Below, piece by piece: positions 14,157 to 24,325 of a DNA stretch of 64,000 nt. This stretch comes from an uncultured Methanosarcinales archaeon. GTDB lineage: Archaea > Halobacteriota > Methanosarcinia > Methanotrichales > Methanotrichaceae. Each line of letters starts with the position of its first letter. Positions within the stretch are counted from its first letter, which is position 1. The position numbers and the translations under genes were made by a program. The notes beneath the pieces were generated by a model. The model had not been told where the DNA came from. It worked only from the letters and a program-made list of their open reading frames with translations, and did not search any database. The stretch is from positions 64,001-128,000 of the forward strand of contig CAWJKV010000007.1 of assembly GCA_963843555.1 (NCBI GenBank), written 5' to 3'.

Positions 14157-14750
14157 ATGTTGAAGAGAAAGATGATAAAGAACTTCAGCTGGCCTCTGAA
14201 GACCGCCACGCGGGAGGTTGAAATTACAAGGCTCTATCCCGAAGTTATGATGGAGTTGCCTGCAGCGGAAAGAGGCATTCACGAGCTGGATGCCACCACA
14301 TGCATCGGGTGTGCATCCTGTGCCAGGGTTTGCCCTAACAGCTGCGTTGAGATGGTTCAATTCAAGTTTGGAAATCCTCTCAAGAACAAGAAGATGCAAT
14401 TTCCAGAGATAGATTATGGAAGATGCATGTTCTGCGGCCTGTGCGTGGACGAGTGCCCTGTGGAATGCCTCAAGATGGGCAAGAAGGTCACCATGGCTGG
14501 TTGGGATAGAAAAGACATCATAAAGAGTCCGGATTTCCTGGCCACAAAGAGATTCTCAGATAAAGAGGTTGCAGATCTGGAAGCTGAGGCCAAGAGGATT
14601 GCAGCCGAGAAAGCAGCCGCCAAGAAAGCTGCCGCAAAAGAAGGGCCTGCAAAAGAGGGGGCCGCCAAGAAGCCCGCCAAAGAAGGAGCTGCCGCCGTAG
14701 AGAAGAAGGCGGAGGCAAAAGCCAAGCCTGAAAAAGGAGGTGCGTCCTGA
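14157..14750 (+). CDS. fpoI: Fpo subunit I, 2[4Fe-4S], with Lys/Ala-rich C-terminal extension
   Basis: CIGCASCARVCP and CMFCGLCVDECP. Confidence 0.95.
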   Translation: MLKRKMIKNFSWPLKTATREVEITRLYPEVMMELPAAERGIHELDATTCIGCASCARVCPNSCVEMVQFKFGNPLKNKKMQFPEIDYGRCMFCGLCVDECPVECLKMGKKVTMAGWDRKDIIKSPDFLATKRFSDKEVADLEAEAKRIAAEKAAAKKAAAKEGPAKEGAAKKPAKEGAAAVEKKAEAKAKPEKGGAS

Positions 14751-15181
14751 TGGCAGAAAAGTCTGGCTTAAGTACTATGCGGTCCGTCTTCGAGCTACTG
14801 GTTCTTCTCCTCGCGCTGCTAATTATCTTCGGCGGCCTGGCGTTGATGGTTATCCTATCACCCTGGTCCAAGGAGGTTCTTGACAAACTACTGGCTTACG
14901 ACATTCCGTTTGCAATAGAGCTCCTGTTCTTCCTGGCCTTGGCTGCAATCATAGTGATTCTATCGGCTCTCACGGTCCAGGCTAAGAATATAGTGCACAG
15001 TGCTCTTTACTTGCTCGGAACCTTTGCCGGAGTTGCTGCGCTTTACGTATCCCTGAACGCCCCATTCGTGGGTGTAGCTCAGATTCTGGTGTACATCGGA
15101 GCTGTGGGAGTTCTGATACTCTTTGCCGTGATGCTTACCAGGAAGACTATTGTGGAGGAGGAATCCCATGGTGAAATTTAA
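14750..15181 (+). CDS. fpoJ1: Fpo subunit J, N-terminal half
   Basis: NIVHSALYL, QILVYIGAVGVLILFAVML. Confidence 0.9.
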   Translation: MAEKSGLSTMRSVFELLVLLLALLIIFGGLALMVILSPWSKEVLDKLLAYDIPFAIELLFFLALAAIIVILSALTVQAKNIVHSALYLLGTFAGVAALYVSLNAPFVGVAQILVYIGAVGVLILFAVMLTRKTIVEEESHGEI

Positions 15182-15431
15182 GATCATCATTTTGACCCTG
15201 GCCTTTCTGGCAGTCCTCATGGCGTCGCTTTCCCTCACCGATTGGGGTACAAGCGAAAAACAGCCTCTCAGTTTTGAGCCCAGGGAAGGGTTAAGGCTGC
15301 CGGAAAGCGGCATTGGAGACGTTGGATTCGAGATCTTCACAACCTACGTCTTCGCCTTTGAGATTCTGGCCCTGGTCTTAACGGCTGCCTTGGTGGGAGC
15401 GGTTTGGGTTGCACGAAGGGAGGTTGCCTGA
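15168..15431 (+). CDS. fpoJ2: Fpo subunit J, C-terminal half
   Basis: [24 protein letters not shown]. Confidence 0.88.
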   Translation: MVKFKIIILTLAFLAVLMASLSLTDWGTSEKQPLSFEPREGLRLPESGIGDVGFEIFTTYVFAFEILALVLTAALVGAVWVARREVA

Positions 15432-15469
15432 GGAGGGCGACAACAGATGACAAGGAGGGAGATTTACCG

Positions 15470-15772
15470 ATGATACCGTTGGAGCTTTACATATTGCTGG
15501 CTTCCATCATGTTCACCATCGGCTTGTACGGCCTCGTTACTCAAAAGAACGGAGTCAAGCTGATGATGTGCATCGAGCTATTGCTCAATAGCGCCAACAT
15601 CAATCTTGTTGCCTTCTCAGCTTTCCAGCCTAATGTGAATGGCCAGGTGTTTGCCCTGTTTTCCATTGCGCTGGCTGCGGCTGAAGCAGGCGTTGGGTTT
15701 GCAATTATGATCGCGCTATACAGGCTATATGGAACCATTGACCTGGACAACATCAAAGCCATGAGGTGGTAG
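15470..15772 (+). CDS. fpoK: Fpo subunit K
   Basis: [23 protein letters not shown]. Confidence 0.95.
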   Translation: MIPLELYILLASIMFTIGLYGLVTQKNGVKLMMCIELLLNSANINLVAFSAFQPNVNGQVFALFSIALAAAEAGVGFAIMIALYRLYGTIDLDNIKAMRW

Positions 15773-15775
15773 GGA

Positions 15776-17813
15776 GTGTATTCTGATTATGCATACCTGA
15801 TAGTAGCACTTCCTGTACTGGCCTTCTTGCTTTGTCTCTTCGTGGGCAGCCGACTGCCCAGAGGAGGAGGCTTCCTAACCGTTCTGGGGACCTTTGCAGG
15901 TCTTATACTATCTCTGGGGATATTCTCAGAGATATATCCGGATGGGATAATTCATCAGTCAATGCCATGGTTTGCCGATTTCAATGTGGGCATACTGATA
16001 GATCCTCTGGCGCTGGTGATGCTTCTCATGGTAACCTTCGTGGTTACACTGATTCACACCTATGCTAACGGATACATGAAAGGCGATCCGGGCGCATCCA
16101 GATACTTCGCCGAAGCGGCACTGTTTACCGCTTCCATGCTGGGTCTGATCTATGCCGATAACCTGCTTCAGCTCTTTATATTCTGGGAACTGGTGGGACT
16201 CTGTTCATATCTCTTGATCGGCTTTTGGTACCGGAAGCCTTCTGCGGCTGCCGCTGCCAAGAAAGCATTCCTGACAACGCGCGTGGGCGACGTCATGTTC
16301 CTGGCAGCCATAATTCTACTTTACAATAACCTGGCCAGCCTGAACATCGCTCTCAGGCCCGGAGAATACCTCTTGCAGTTCCCGGTGATCTACGCTAATA
16401 TCGCGCAGATCGCTCCGGAGCAGCTGACGCTTATCGCCTTGGGACTGTTGGGCGGCGCAATAGGCAAGTCTGGTCAGTTTCCTCTGCATGTTTGGCTTCC
16501 TGATGCCATGGAGGGTCCAACTACCGTTTCCGCCATGATCCATGCGGCGACGATGGTTACTGCCGGCGTCTACCTGGTAGCCAGAATGTTCCCGCTCTTC
16601 TACGCCGCGCCCTATGGTCTGACGGCAGTGGCAGCAGTTGGTACATTCACAGCTCTATTTGCAGCCACCATGGGCCTGACTGCATTCGATATCAAGAGGG
16701 TTCTGGCTTTCTCGACTGTATCGCAGCTCGGCTTCATGATGGCTGGCCTCGGAGTGGGAGCGGCAGTAGGAACCCTTGCTGTAGGTGTTTCTATCTTCCA
16801 CCTCATCGGCCATTCCTTCTTCAAAGCTCTGCTCTTTCTTTGCGCCGGGTCTGTCATTCACGCCGTCAATACCAACGATATGCGGGAAATGGGAGGCGTA
16901 GGAAAGTACATGAAATGGACCATGTACACCATGCTCATAGGCTCCCTGTCTCTGGCCGGATTCCCCTTATTCACCGGATTCTTCTCCAAGGACGAGATCA
17001 TAGTAATTTCTTATGAGTACGGAGTGGCTATCAACTTCTTGCCCTACATATTCCTGGTACTGGCAGCTGTTCTTACGGCCATCTACACCTTCAGAATGTG
17101 GTTCTCTGTCTTCACCGGCAAGGCAAGATCCGACTACGGCAAACACGAATCACCCTGGGTTATGATCGGGCCGCTGATGATCTTGGCTATATTTGCCTTA
17201 GGATTCGGCTATGTGGCTCAAGATGACTTCTACGAATATCTTGACACCAATTTCGATTATTATGATGTCAACTTTGTAGAACTCGGCATAATAGGAGGCC
17301 ATGAGCTTGCAGCTCCTGTAGCTGAGGGCGTGGCAGAAGCCACTGCTGCTGAAGGAGGGCAGGCGGCTGGCGGCGAAGGAGAAGCTGGCGGAGAAGAAGG
17401 ACCGGGAGAGCCCTGGTACATTCAGATATTGCCCATCATAGTAGCTTTGGGCGGCATTCTCACAGCCTCTCTATTCTACTTGGGATAGAGTCAAGAAATT
17501 CGATCCCAGCCAGGTCACAGGCGACAAGGATCCCATTCGTAAGATGCTGCTGAAAGGATACTACCAGCATGAAATCATGACAGGCTGGATCTCTGAAGGT
17601 ATAGTCTACGGGACGGCGTTGATCTTTAACGTGATCGACATCAAACTCGTGGACGGATGGCTGAACTGGCTGAGCGCCTGGGTGATGGGTTTCGCACAGC
17701 ATGTAAGAAAGGTTCAGACCGGCGTGATCCAAAACTATGTTGCAGCCTTAGTTCTGGGGGTAGTTGTGCTGGTGGTTGTAATTGTTCTGGCTATGGGGGT
17801 GGGCCTGATATGA
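15776..17813 (+). CDS. fpoL: Fpo subunit L (one apparent extra base at about 17480)
   Basis: WELVGLCSYLLIGFW, KSGQFPLHVWLPDAMEGPT; deleting one T in TACTTGGGATAG joins ORFs 15776-17488 and 17544-17813 (FYWDRVKKFDP...). Confidence 0.92.
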
Positions 17814-19318
17814 TCTCGAACGCGATAACGTGGATGATCGTCATTCCTCTCTTGGGTGCGATGGTCTCATTCTTTGCGGGATCCAAGGCCAAATTCGTGG
17901 CCTTAATCGCCTCGTTGATAACCCTAGTCCTATCTCTGCAAATGTATATGCAGTTCGATAAAACTTCAACGATGATGCAGTTCGTAGAGAACTACAACTG
18001 GATTCCCTCTCTTGGTGTCAAATACACCGTGGGCGTTGACGGGATTGGTTTTCCCTTAGTTCTGCTCTCTACGATAGTCTCCGTATTGGTAATAATATAC
18101 TCCTGGGGAGAGACAAAGAAGCCCAACCAGTACTTTGCCCTGCTTCTCTTAAACGAAGTGGGTGTGCTGGGTGTATTCACATCCCTGGACTTCTTCCTGT
18201 TCTACATCTACTGGGAGATAGTGCTCATACCCATGTTCTTCCTCATCGGATCATGGGGCGGACCGAGAAAAGACTACGCGGCAATCAAGTTCTTCATCTA
18301 CACCCACGTGGCAAGCCTGGTGATGCTGCTGGCAATCTTCGCCATGTACTTCACCTACCAGCTGCCGGATGGATCAAGAACCTTTGACATGCTGATTTTG
18401 CTGAATGCAACAGCAGACAAGGCCATCTTCCCAACCAGCCTGCTGAATATCATCTTCGCAGGGTTCCTGCTGGGATTCCTGGTTAAGATGCCTGCCTTCC
18501 CCTTCCATACCTGGCTGCCGGATGCTCACGTCGAGGCTCCCACAGCTGGTTCGGTGGTGCTGGCGGCTCTGCTGCTCAAGATGGGAGGATACGGCCTCTT
18601 CAGGATCATACTGCCCATGCTGCCAAATGTTGACAAGGCCTTCGTGACCATCATCGCCATCATTGCGGTGCTTTCCATCGTCTACGGAGCTTTCATGGCG
18701 CTGGCTCAGAAGGATATCAAGAAGCTGGTGGCATACTCATCCGTCAGCCACATGGGATTTGTGACTCTCGGTGCTGTGGCCTTCACAACATTGTCCATAC
18801 AGGGTGCCATGTTCCAGCAGTTCTCCCACGGCATCATCACCTGCGTCCTCTTCATGTCTGCCGGTACCATCCAGCATGTGGTAGGGACCAGGATTATAGC
18901 CGATCTGGGAGGTCTCGCTGATCGCATGCCCAAATTTGCCGTCCTCATGATGGCCGGATTCATGGCCTCTCTGGGACTGCCGGGCATGAGCGGCTTCGTA
19001 GCCGAGTTCATGGTCCTGACCGGCTCCTACGCAACTCTCCCGACCTACACCATGATCGTGGTGTTCTTGAGCATAGTAATCACGGCCGCCTATCATCTCT
19101 GGGCCATGCAGAAGGCTATGTTCGGACCGATTCTGAAGAAGTATATGAACGTTCATGACCCGCATGCCTATGAGCTCTTCGCCATGAGCATGATCATAGT
19201 GTTGACTCTGCTCTTCGGCCTTCAGCCCGGGCTGATGACCGACATGATGGGGACAGCGGCAAACCAGCTGGCCCTTATGGAGCCGGTCATGACTTTATCC
19301 CAAATGGGGGTGATCTGA
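17810..19318 (+). CDS. fpoM: Fpo subunit M
   Basis: WEIVLIPMFFLI, PFHTWLPDAHVEAPTAGS, AYSSVSHMG. Confidence 0.95.
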   Translation: MISNAITWMIVIPLLGAMVSFFAGSKAKFVALIASLITLVLSLQMYMQFDKTSTMMQFVENYNWIPSLGVKYTVGVDGIGFPLVLLSTIVSVLVIIYSWGETKKPNQYFALLLLNEVGVLGVFTSLDFFLFYIYWEIVLIPMFFLIGSWGGPRKDYAAIKFFIYTHVASLVMLLAIFAMYFTYQLPDGSRTFDMLILLNATADKAIFPTSLLNIIFAGFLLGFLVKMPAFPFHTWLPDAHVEAPTAGSVVLAALLLKMGGYGLFRIILPMLPNVDKAFVTIIAIIAVLSIVYGAFMALAQKDIKKLVAYSSVSHMGFVTLGAVAFTTLSIQGAMFQQFSHGIITCVLFMSAGTIQHVVGTRIIADLGGLADRMPKFAVLMMAGFMASLGLPGMSGFVAEFMVLTGSYATLPTYTMIVVFLSIVITAAYHLWAMQKAMFGPILKKYMNVHDPHAYELFAMSMIIVLTLLFGLQPGLMTDMMGTAANQLALMEPVMTLSQMGVI

Positions 19319-19319
19319 A

Positions 19320-20828
19320 GTGGACTTTTCACACTACGCACCCCTCTGGGGAGAGGCGTTGCTAACGTTCCTGGCGGTACTGATTGTGCTGCTGGGATCC
19401 CTGATGAAGAATAGCGGCAAGCTCATGGGCTACTTGAGTCTAGCAGGGCTTGTAGCTGCCCTGGGCCTGGTAAGCAGCAATCTCATGATTGCCACGCCGG
19501 CCTTATTCTTCTTTGATACCATATCGGTGGATGCCCTGTCTCAGTTCTTCAAGGTCGTCTTCCTTGTGGTATCACTGCTGGTAGTGATAGCATCTCTATC
19601 CAAGTACACAGGAAAGGGAGCAGATGAGTATTATGCCCTGCTGCTCCTTGCCACAGTGGGCATGATGGTGGTTGCCAGCTCTATCGACCTGATTACCCTG
19701 TTCGTGGCATTTGAGCTGGCCAGCCTGTCCACATATGCCCTGGCAGCGTTTGACAGGAGCCGCAAGAACCTCGAGGCCGCCATGAAGTATTTCATCTTCG
19801 GGTCTGCCGCGTCTGCGTTCATGCTCTTCGGTTTCTCGCTGTTCTATGGAATGGCGGGATCTACCAAGCTCAGTGTCATCGCAACAGCTTCGCTGGCCGA
19901 TTTTGGGCCGGCTACACTGATCGCGCTGCTCTTCGTGATCGCAGGATTCGCTTTCAAGATGGCACTGGTGCCTTTCCACATGTGGGCTCCCGATACATAT
20001 GAGGGTGCACCTCCTCTTGTCTCGGCATTGCTTGCCGCCGGTTCCAAGAAGATGGGCTTTGTCGCAGCCTTCCGTGTTCTGCTCGTGGCACTCATAGCCC
20101 TGCGGATGGAGTGGTATCTGGCCTTCGCAATACTTGCAGCCGTAACCATGACGCTGGGAAATTTAGCTGCCTGCTGGCAAAATAACGTGCGCCGCATCCT
20201 GGCTTACTCCTCTATCGCTCAGGCGGGCTACATCGCCATCGGCTTTGTGGTAGTAGGAGCAGCATATGGAGTGGCACCGACAACTTCCTTCAACGGCATC
20301 CCAATTCCGCCGGCTCAACTCGGCCTTGCAGGGGCGTTCCTCCTCATTCTGGCACACGCTCTGATGAAGACGGGAGCCTTCATCGGCACCGCTCAGGTAA
20401 CGTCGATGGTTTCAAAGACCGATGCAAGCGATGCAAGCGATCCGGACGATATATCCAACTATGCTGGTCTGGTGCACAGAGCGCCCATCACTGCGATATG
20501 CATGTTGATCTTCATGTTTGCTCTGGCAGGCATCCCACCCACGGCAGGATACATAGGAAAGTTCGTGCTCTTCAGCTCGGCCATTTACTCCGGCCTGGTC
20601 TGGCTGGCAGTACTTGCCATCCTCAACAGTGCTCTGTCGCTGGTCTACTACCTGAGGATCATAAGTTATATGTTCCTGAAGAACCCAGCCGGCCCGAAGG
20701 TGGCAGAGTCTAAAGGGTATCTCGTGGCGTTGGTTTTGACGACGATTGCGGTCCTTTGGATAGGCATTTTTCCGGAAGCATTCATAAACTGGGCACTGCA
20801 GGCAGCAACGGTTCTGCTGCCTCAGTAA
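19320..20828 (+). CDS. fpoN: Fpo subunit N
   Basis: EAAMKYF, VPFHMWAPDTYEGAP, LAYSSIAQAGY, LAGIPPTAG. Confidence 0.95.
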   Translation: MDFSHYAPLWGEALLTFLAVLIVLLGSLMKNSGKLMGYLSLAGLVAALGLVSSNLMIATPALFFFDTISVDALSQFFKVVFLVVSLLVVIASLSKYTGKGADEYYALLLLATVGMMVVASSIDLITLFVAFELASLSTYALAAFDRSRKNLEAAMKYFIFGSAASAFMLFGFSLFYGMAGSTKLSVIATASLADFGPATLIALLFVIAGFAFKMALVPFHMWAPDTYEGAPPLVSALLAAGSKKMGFVAAFRVLLVALIALRMEWYLAFAILAAVTMTLGNLAACWQNNVRRILAYSSIAQAGYIAIGFVVVGAAYGVAPTTSFNGIPIPPAQLGLAGAFLLILAHALMKTGAFIGTAQVTSMVSKTDASDASDPDDISNYAGLVHRAPITAICMLIFMFALAGIPPTAGYIGKFVLFSSAIYSGLVWLAVLAILNSALSLVYYLRIISYMFLKNPAGPKVAESKGYLVALVLTTIAVLWIGIFPEAFINWALQAATVLLPQ

Positions 20829-20853
20829 CCCTTTTTTAACCGCTTTTTTTTTG
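20829..20853 (+). terminator. Oligo-T terminator of the fpo operon
   Basis: TTTTTTT and TTTTTTTTT tracts immediately after the fpoN stop. Confidence 0.6.
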
Positions 20854-21128
20854 TCTTATCTCAAATACTATGAATTGTTAGCCTGCATACGTTTGAAAAA
20901 GGATTTCATCCCTCGATTGAATCACTTCCGGAAGGTCCGATTGAACTCATATCCTGAATTGCATCTATCAAGGATATTTGGAGACTTATGGAGAAAAGTT
21001 CTGAGGAATCTTCGCCGACCACATAAACGAATTGGCATCTCGTGAGGAGATTTAACGAAGCTCTCTCAGCGGCTGCTCTCCAGTCGAGCCTGGATAATGG
21101 AAATTATATAAAACTGAAGAAAACGAGT

Positions 21129-21926
21129 CTAAATGATCCCTTTTGCTATCAAGGCAGAACGCATCTCAGTGACTTCCGATTCCAGTTTTTCGAACCTTTG
21201 TTCAAGATATCCCTTTAGGTCTTTTCTGGATTCTCGGACTTCTTCCAACAGGTTTTCTTCCGCATTCAGTTTCTCTTTTTGGAGATCGATTATTACATCC
21301 ATCTTGCCGCCGAGACCTTCCTGGCCTTTGATCATTATATCCATCTTGCTGCCGAGACCTTCCTGGCCTTTGATCATTGTATCCATCTTGCTGCCGAGAC
21401 CTTCCTGGCCTTTGATCATTGTATCCATCTTGCTGCCGAGACCTTCCTGGCCTTTGATCATTGTATCCATCTTGCCGCCGAGACCTTCCTGGCCTTTGAT
21501 CATTGTATCCATCTTGCTGCCGAGACTTTCCTGGCCTTTGATCATTGTATCCATCTTGCCGCCTAAATTGTCGTTCAATCTATCTACCGCAGCAATCAGA
21601 TCCTTTAGACGAAACGCAGCCGCGTCCAGCCGGGAATCTGTCTCACCTTTTTCTACGAGCTTGTAGAACTTACCGAATTCATTTTTTGGCTCGGCATATT
21701 CTTTTTCCACAGCGGAGACTTTGATTAAGGTATTTTTGATAACAATTGCCTCTTCAAACCACTTTAACTTATCTTCGTCGCCTTCCGCTATTATCTTTGC
21801 CCGGCCATCCTCCAGATTCTCGACGGTTCCCCTTAGTCCCAACATTTTGGCAAAGTCCATGACTCTGGCACGATATCCCACCTTCTGGACCGTTCCCGAG
21901 ACATAGATTGTAAGCCTTTTCTTCAT
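21129..21926 (-). CDS. Acylphosphatase-domain protein with repetitive coiled-coil tail
   Basis: GTVQKVGYR...GTVENLEDG acylphosphatase motifs, then 14-aa repeats KMDTMIKGQEGLGS. Confidence 0.85.
   Translation of the reverse strand: MKKRLTIYVSGTVQKVGYRARVMDFAKMLGLRGTVENLEDGRAKIIAEGDEDKLKWFEEAIVIKNTLIKVSAVEKEYAEPKNEFGKFYKLVEKGETDSRLDAAAFRLKDLIAAVDRLNDNLGGKMDTMIKGQESLGSKMDTMIKGQEGLGGKMDTMIKGQEGLGSKMDTMIKGQEGLGSKMDTMIKGQEGLGSKMDIMIKGQEGLGGKMDVIIDLQKEKLNAEENLLEEVRESRKDLKGYLEQRFEKLESEVTEMRSALIAKGII
21297..21563. repeat. 42-bp coding tandem repeat, 6 copies plus a partial one
   Basis: ATCCATCTTGCYGCCGAGACYTTCCTGGCCTTTGATCATTRT units start at 21297, 21339, 21381, 21423, 21465, 21507 and 21549 (partial). 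Confidence 0.97.
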
Positions 21927-22145
21927 CTTCTACAAGTCTTATCTCTTCGTATATGGCTTTATCGCTCTCTTGATGGCGTTCTGGAGTCTGAAAATCCATG
22001 TCTGAACCTGTGTCTGATTGGCAGTCCGCACCGAAAATCAAGTTTCCCCTTTTCCCTATAATCATCCTCGCACCTCGTTTCTGGCTCGTCTCCAGTCTCA
22101 TGTGCCAGCCTATATTTTTATTCTCTCGCATTTCCCCAAACTCTC

Positions 22146-24050
22146 TTATCTGTCCCTCACACTCCGAAACCGCATTCGCATCTCGCATACCCCTTCCTCG
22201 CTCCTCTTCTCTGTATCGAATCCCATCTTCTCTAAGAGATTTACCATGGATTTATTCTCCACCAGCACATCTCCTGTAAATCCGAGAAGGCCCTGCCTCC
22301 TGGCCAGGTAGGTCAGATAACTGAGCAGCTCTTTTCCCACACCCTGCCCCTGGAATTTATCCCTCACCACCAGAGCAACTTCTGCCGAGTACATATCAGA
22401 GTTCAGCTCATACTGCCCGAGGCCTATTATGGTCTCCTTTTCCATCTCCTTCTCCTCAATTACTGCCAGAATCTCCATCTTCTTGCTGTAGTCTACAGCC
22501 ACGAAATCCTGCAGCCTTTTGTGGGGCATGTCTTTGCGGGCGGAGAAGAAACGCATATACATGCTGCCCTCAGAGAGGTCGTAGAAGAAGTCCTTCAACA
22601 TAGGCTCGTCAGTGATCTTCACCGGCCGCAATAGTACGTTGAGCCCTTTACTGGTAGTTCTGTAGATCTCCAGCTCCTCGGGATAGATGCCCTTCTCTCC
22701 AGGGATGAAAACCTGATCCTTGTAGATGAGCATCCTCTTGCGAGCGGCTTCGATCAACCAGGGCCGGAATTTGGGATGGGCGATAGCAATGAGATCCATG
22801 GCCCTCTCACGAATGTTCTTGCCATGCAGATAGGCAATCCCGTATTCGGTCACTACGTAATGAACATCACCCCGCGTCAAAGTGACTCCTGCTCCCTCCT
22901 GCAGGACGGGAACAATCCGGGAGACGCTGTCATTTAGAGCCGTGGATGGCAGGGCCAGGATGGTCTTTCCACCCGGGCTGAGAACGGCTCCTCGCATGAA
23001 ATCCGCCTGTCCGCCTGTACCGCTATAGAAAGTCCCGCCCAGCGACTCTGCCGTAGCCTGGCCCGTCAGATCCACCTCCATGGCGCTGTTGATGGCGGTC
23101 ATAAGCCTGTTTCTGGATATCGAGAGCGGGTTATTGGTATAATCGATCCTCTTGAATTCAACTGCCGGATTCTCGTCCAGGAATTCGTAGGTCTCGCGGC
23201 TACCCATGCAAAAAGAGGCGATAGTCTTGCCGGGATTATTGGTCTTCTTCTGGTTTGTGACGACTCCTTTTTTCATAAGTTCGATGATTCCGTCGCTGAG
23301 GAGCTCGGTATGGACACCAAGATCCTTTTTATCCACAAGACTATGAACAACAGCATCCGGGATCAGCCCATAGCCCACCTGGATTGTTGAGCCGTCTTCG
23401 ATGATGTGGGCAACATACTTTCCAATCCTCTGCACAATGTCGTTGGGGGCTTTGACGGAATACTCCAGCAGCGGCTCGTCGTAGGGAAGGATAAAATCGA
23501 TGTCTCTTATGTTTATGAATCCATCACCGTGAGTGCGGGGCATATTCATGTTGACCTGAGCTATGACGAGTTTCGCCATCTCAGTAGCGGATTTTACCAC
23601 GTCCACGCTTATTCCCAGGCTCAAGTAACCGTGCTTGTCCGGCAGAGAGGTTTGGATCAGGGCCACGTCCACAGGAATCAATTCCGATCGAAAGAGATCG
23701 GGGACACTGGAGAGGAAGATGGGGGTGTAGTCTGCTTCGCCGCGGTTGACGGAATTTCGGGTGCTGTCTCCTACAAAGAAGGAGTCGAGCCTGAAGTTCT
23801 CCTGGAGCTTTTCATCGGTATAGGGTGCAACGCCCAGAGTCCAGACATGGATCAGCTCGGCGTCGAAGAACGCCTTGGGATCGTTTTTGACATAGTTGAC
23901 AAGCGCCTGCACAAGATACTGAGGCTCACCGCAACCGGTTCCTATGAATATCCGATCTCCAGCATGGATATGGCTGAATATGTTCTCCTCAGGCATGAAC
24001 TTCTCAGGATAGATCTTCCTGAACTCCACCAGGAGCGTTTTATCTTTCAT
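22146..24050 (-). CDS. Acetyl-CoA hydrolase/transferase fused to a C-terminal GNAT domain
   Basis: IEDGSTIQVGYG, LGVHTE, SGTGGQADF, VVTEYG; C-terminal AEVALVVRDKFQGQGVG. Confidence 0.9.
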   Translation of the reverse strand: MKDKTLLVEFRKIYPEKFMPEENIFSHIHAGDRIFIGTGCGEPQYLVQALVNYVKNDPKAFFDAELIHVWTLGVAPYTDEKLQENFRLDSFFVGDSTRNSVNRGEADYTPIFLSSVPDLFRSELIPVDVALIQTSLPDKHGYLSLGISVDVVKSATEMAKLVIAQVNMNMPRTHGDGFINIRDIDFILPYDEPLLEYSVKAPNDIVQRIGKYVAHIIEDGSTIQVGYGLIPDAVVHSLVDKKDLGVHTELLSDGIIELMKKGVVTNQKKTNNPGKTIASFCMGSRETYEFLDENPAVEFKRIDYTNNPLSISRNRLMTAINSAMEVDLTGQATAESLGGTFYSGTGGQADFMRGAVLSPGGKTILALPSTALNDSVSRIVPVLQEGAGVTLTRGDVHYVVTEYGIAYLHGKNIRERAMDLIAIAHPKFRPWLIEAARKRMLIYKDQVFIPGEKGIYPEELEIYRTTSKGLNVLLRPVKITDEPMLKDFFYDLSEGSMYMRFFSARKDMPHKRLQDFVAVDYSKKMEILAVIEEKEMEKETIIGLGQYELNSDMYSAEVALVVRDKFQGQGVGKELLSYLTYLARRQGLLGFTGDVLVENKSMVNLLEKMGFDTEKRSEEGVCEMRMRFRSVRDR

Positions 24051-24325
24051 TCTTTTTCCCTCTCCTCATTCCTCTTGGCTCTCCCATCCACCTTACTCTT
24101 GGCTTTCTCTAGCTTCCTTTTTTCTCTCTCCTTAATCTCCTATTCTCCTCTTCTTCTTCCTTTTCCTTATCTTCTTCCCTCTCCGCTTAAACCTTCTAAG
24201 ATGTGGTCTCTATATCATAATCAGCTTGACGCTCTGAAAAGGATTTTATAGAGGCAATAAATGATTACGCAAACTGCATGCAGACAACAAAGCCATGAAT
24301 GGAGAGAGATTGCGCTGAGAAATGA

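Noticed and set aside
17470..17545. TAG in fpoL as pyrrolysine readthrough or a natural split
   Set aside because: The downstream part is in a different frame, so readthrough would not join it; a one-base deletion restores the protein.
21297..21563. Regular repeats suggesting a CRISPR array
   Set aside because: Units are contiguous with no unique spacers, are a multiple of 3, lie in a CDS, and there are no cas genes.
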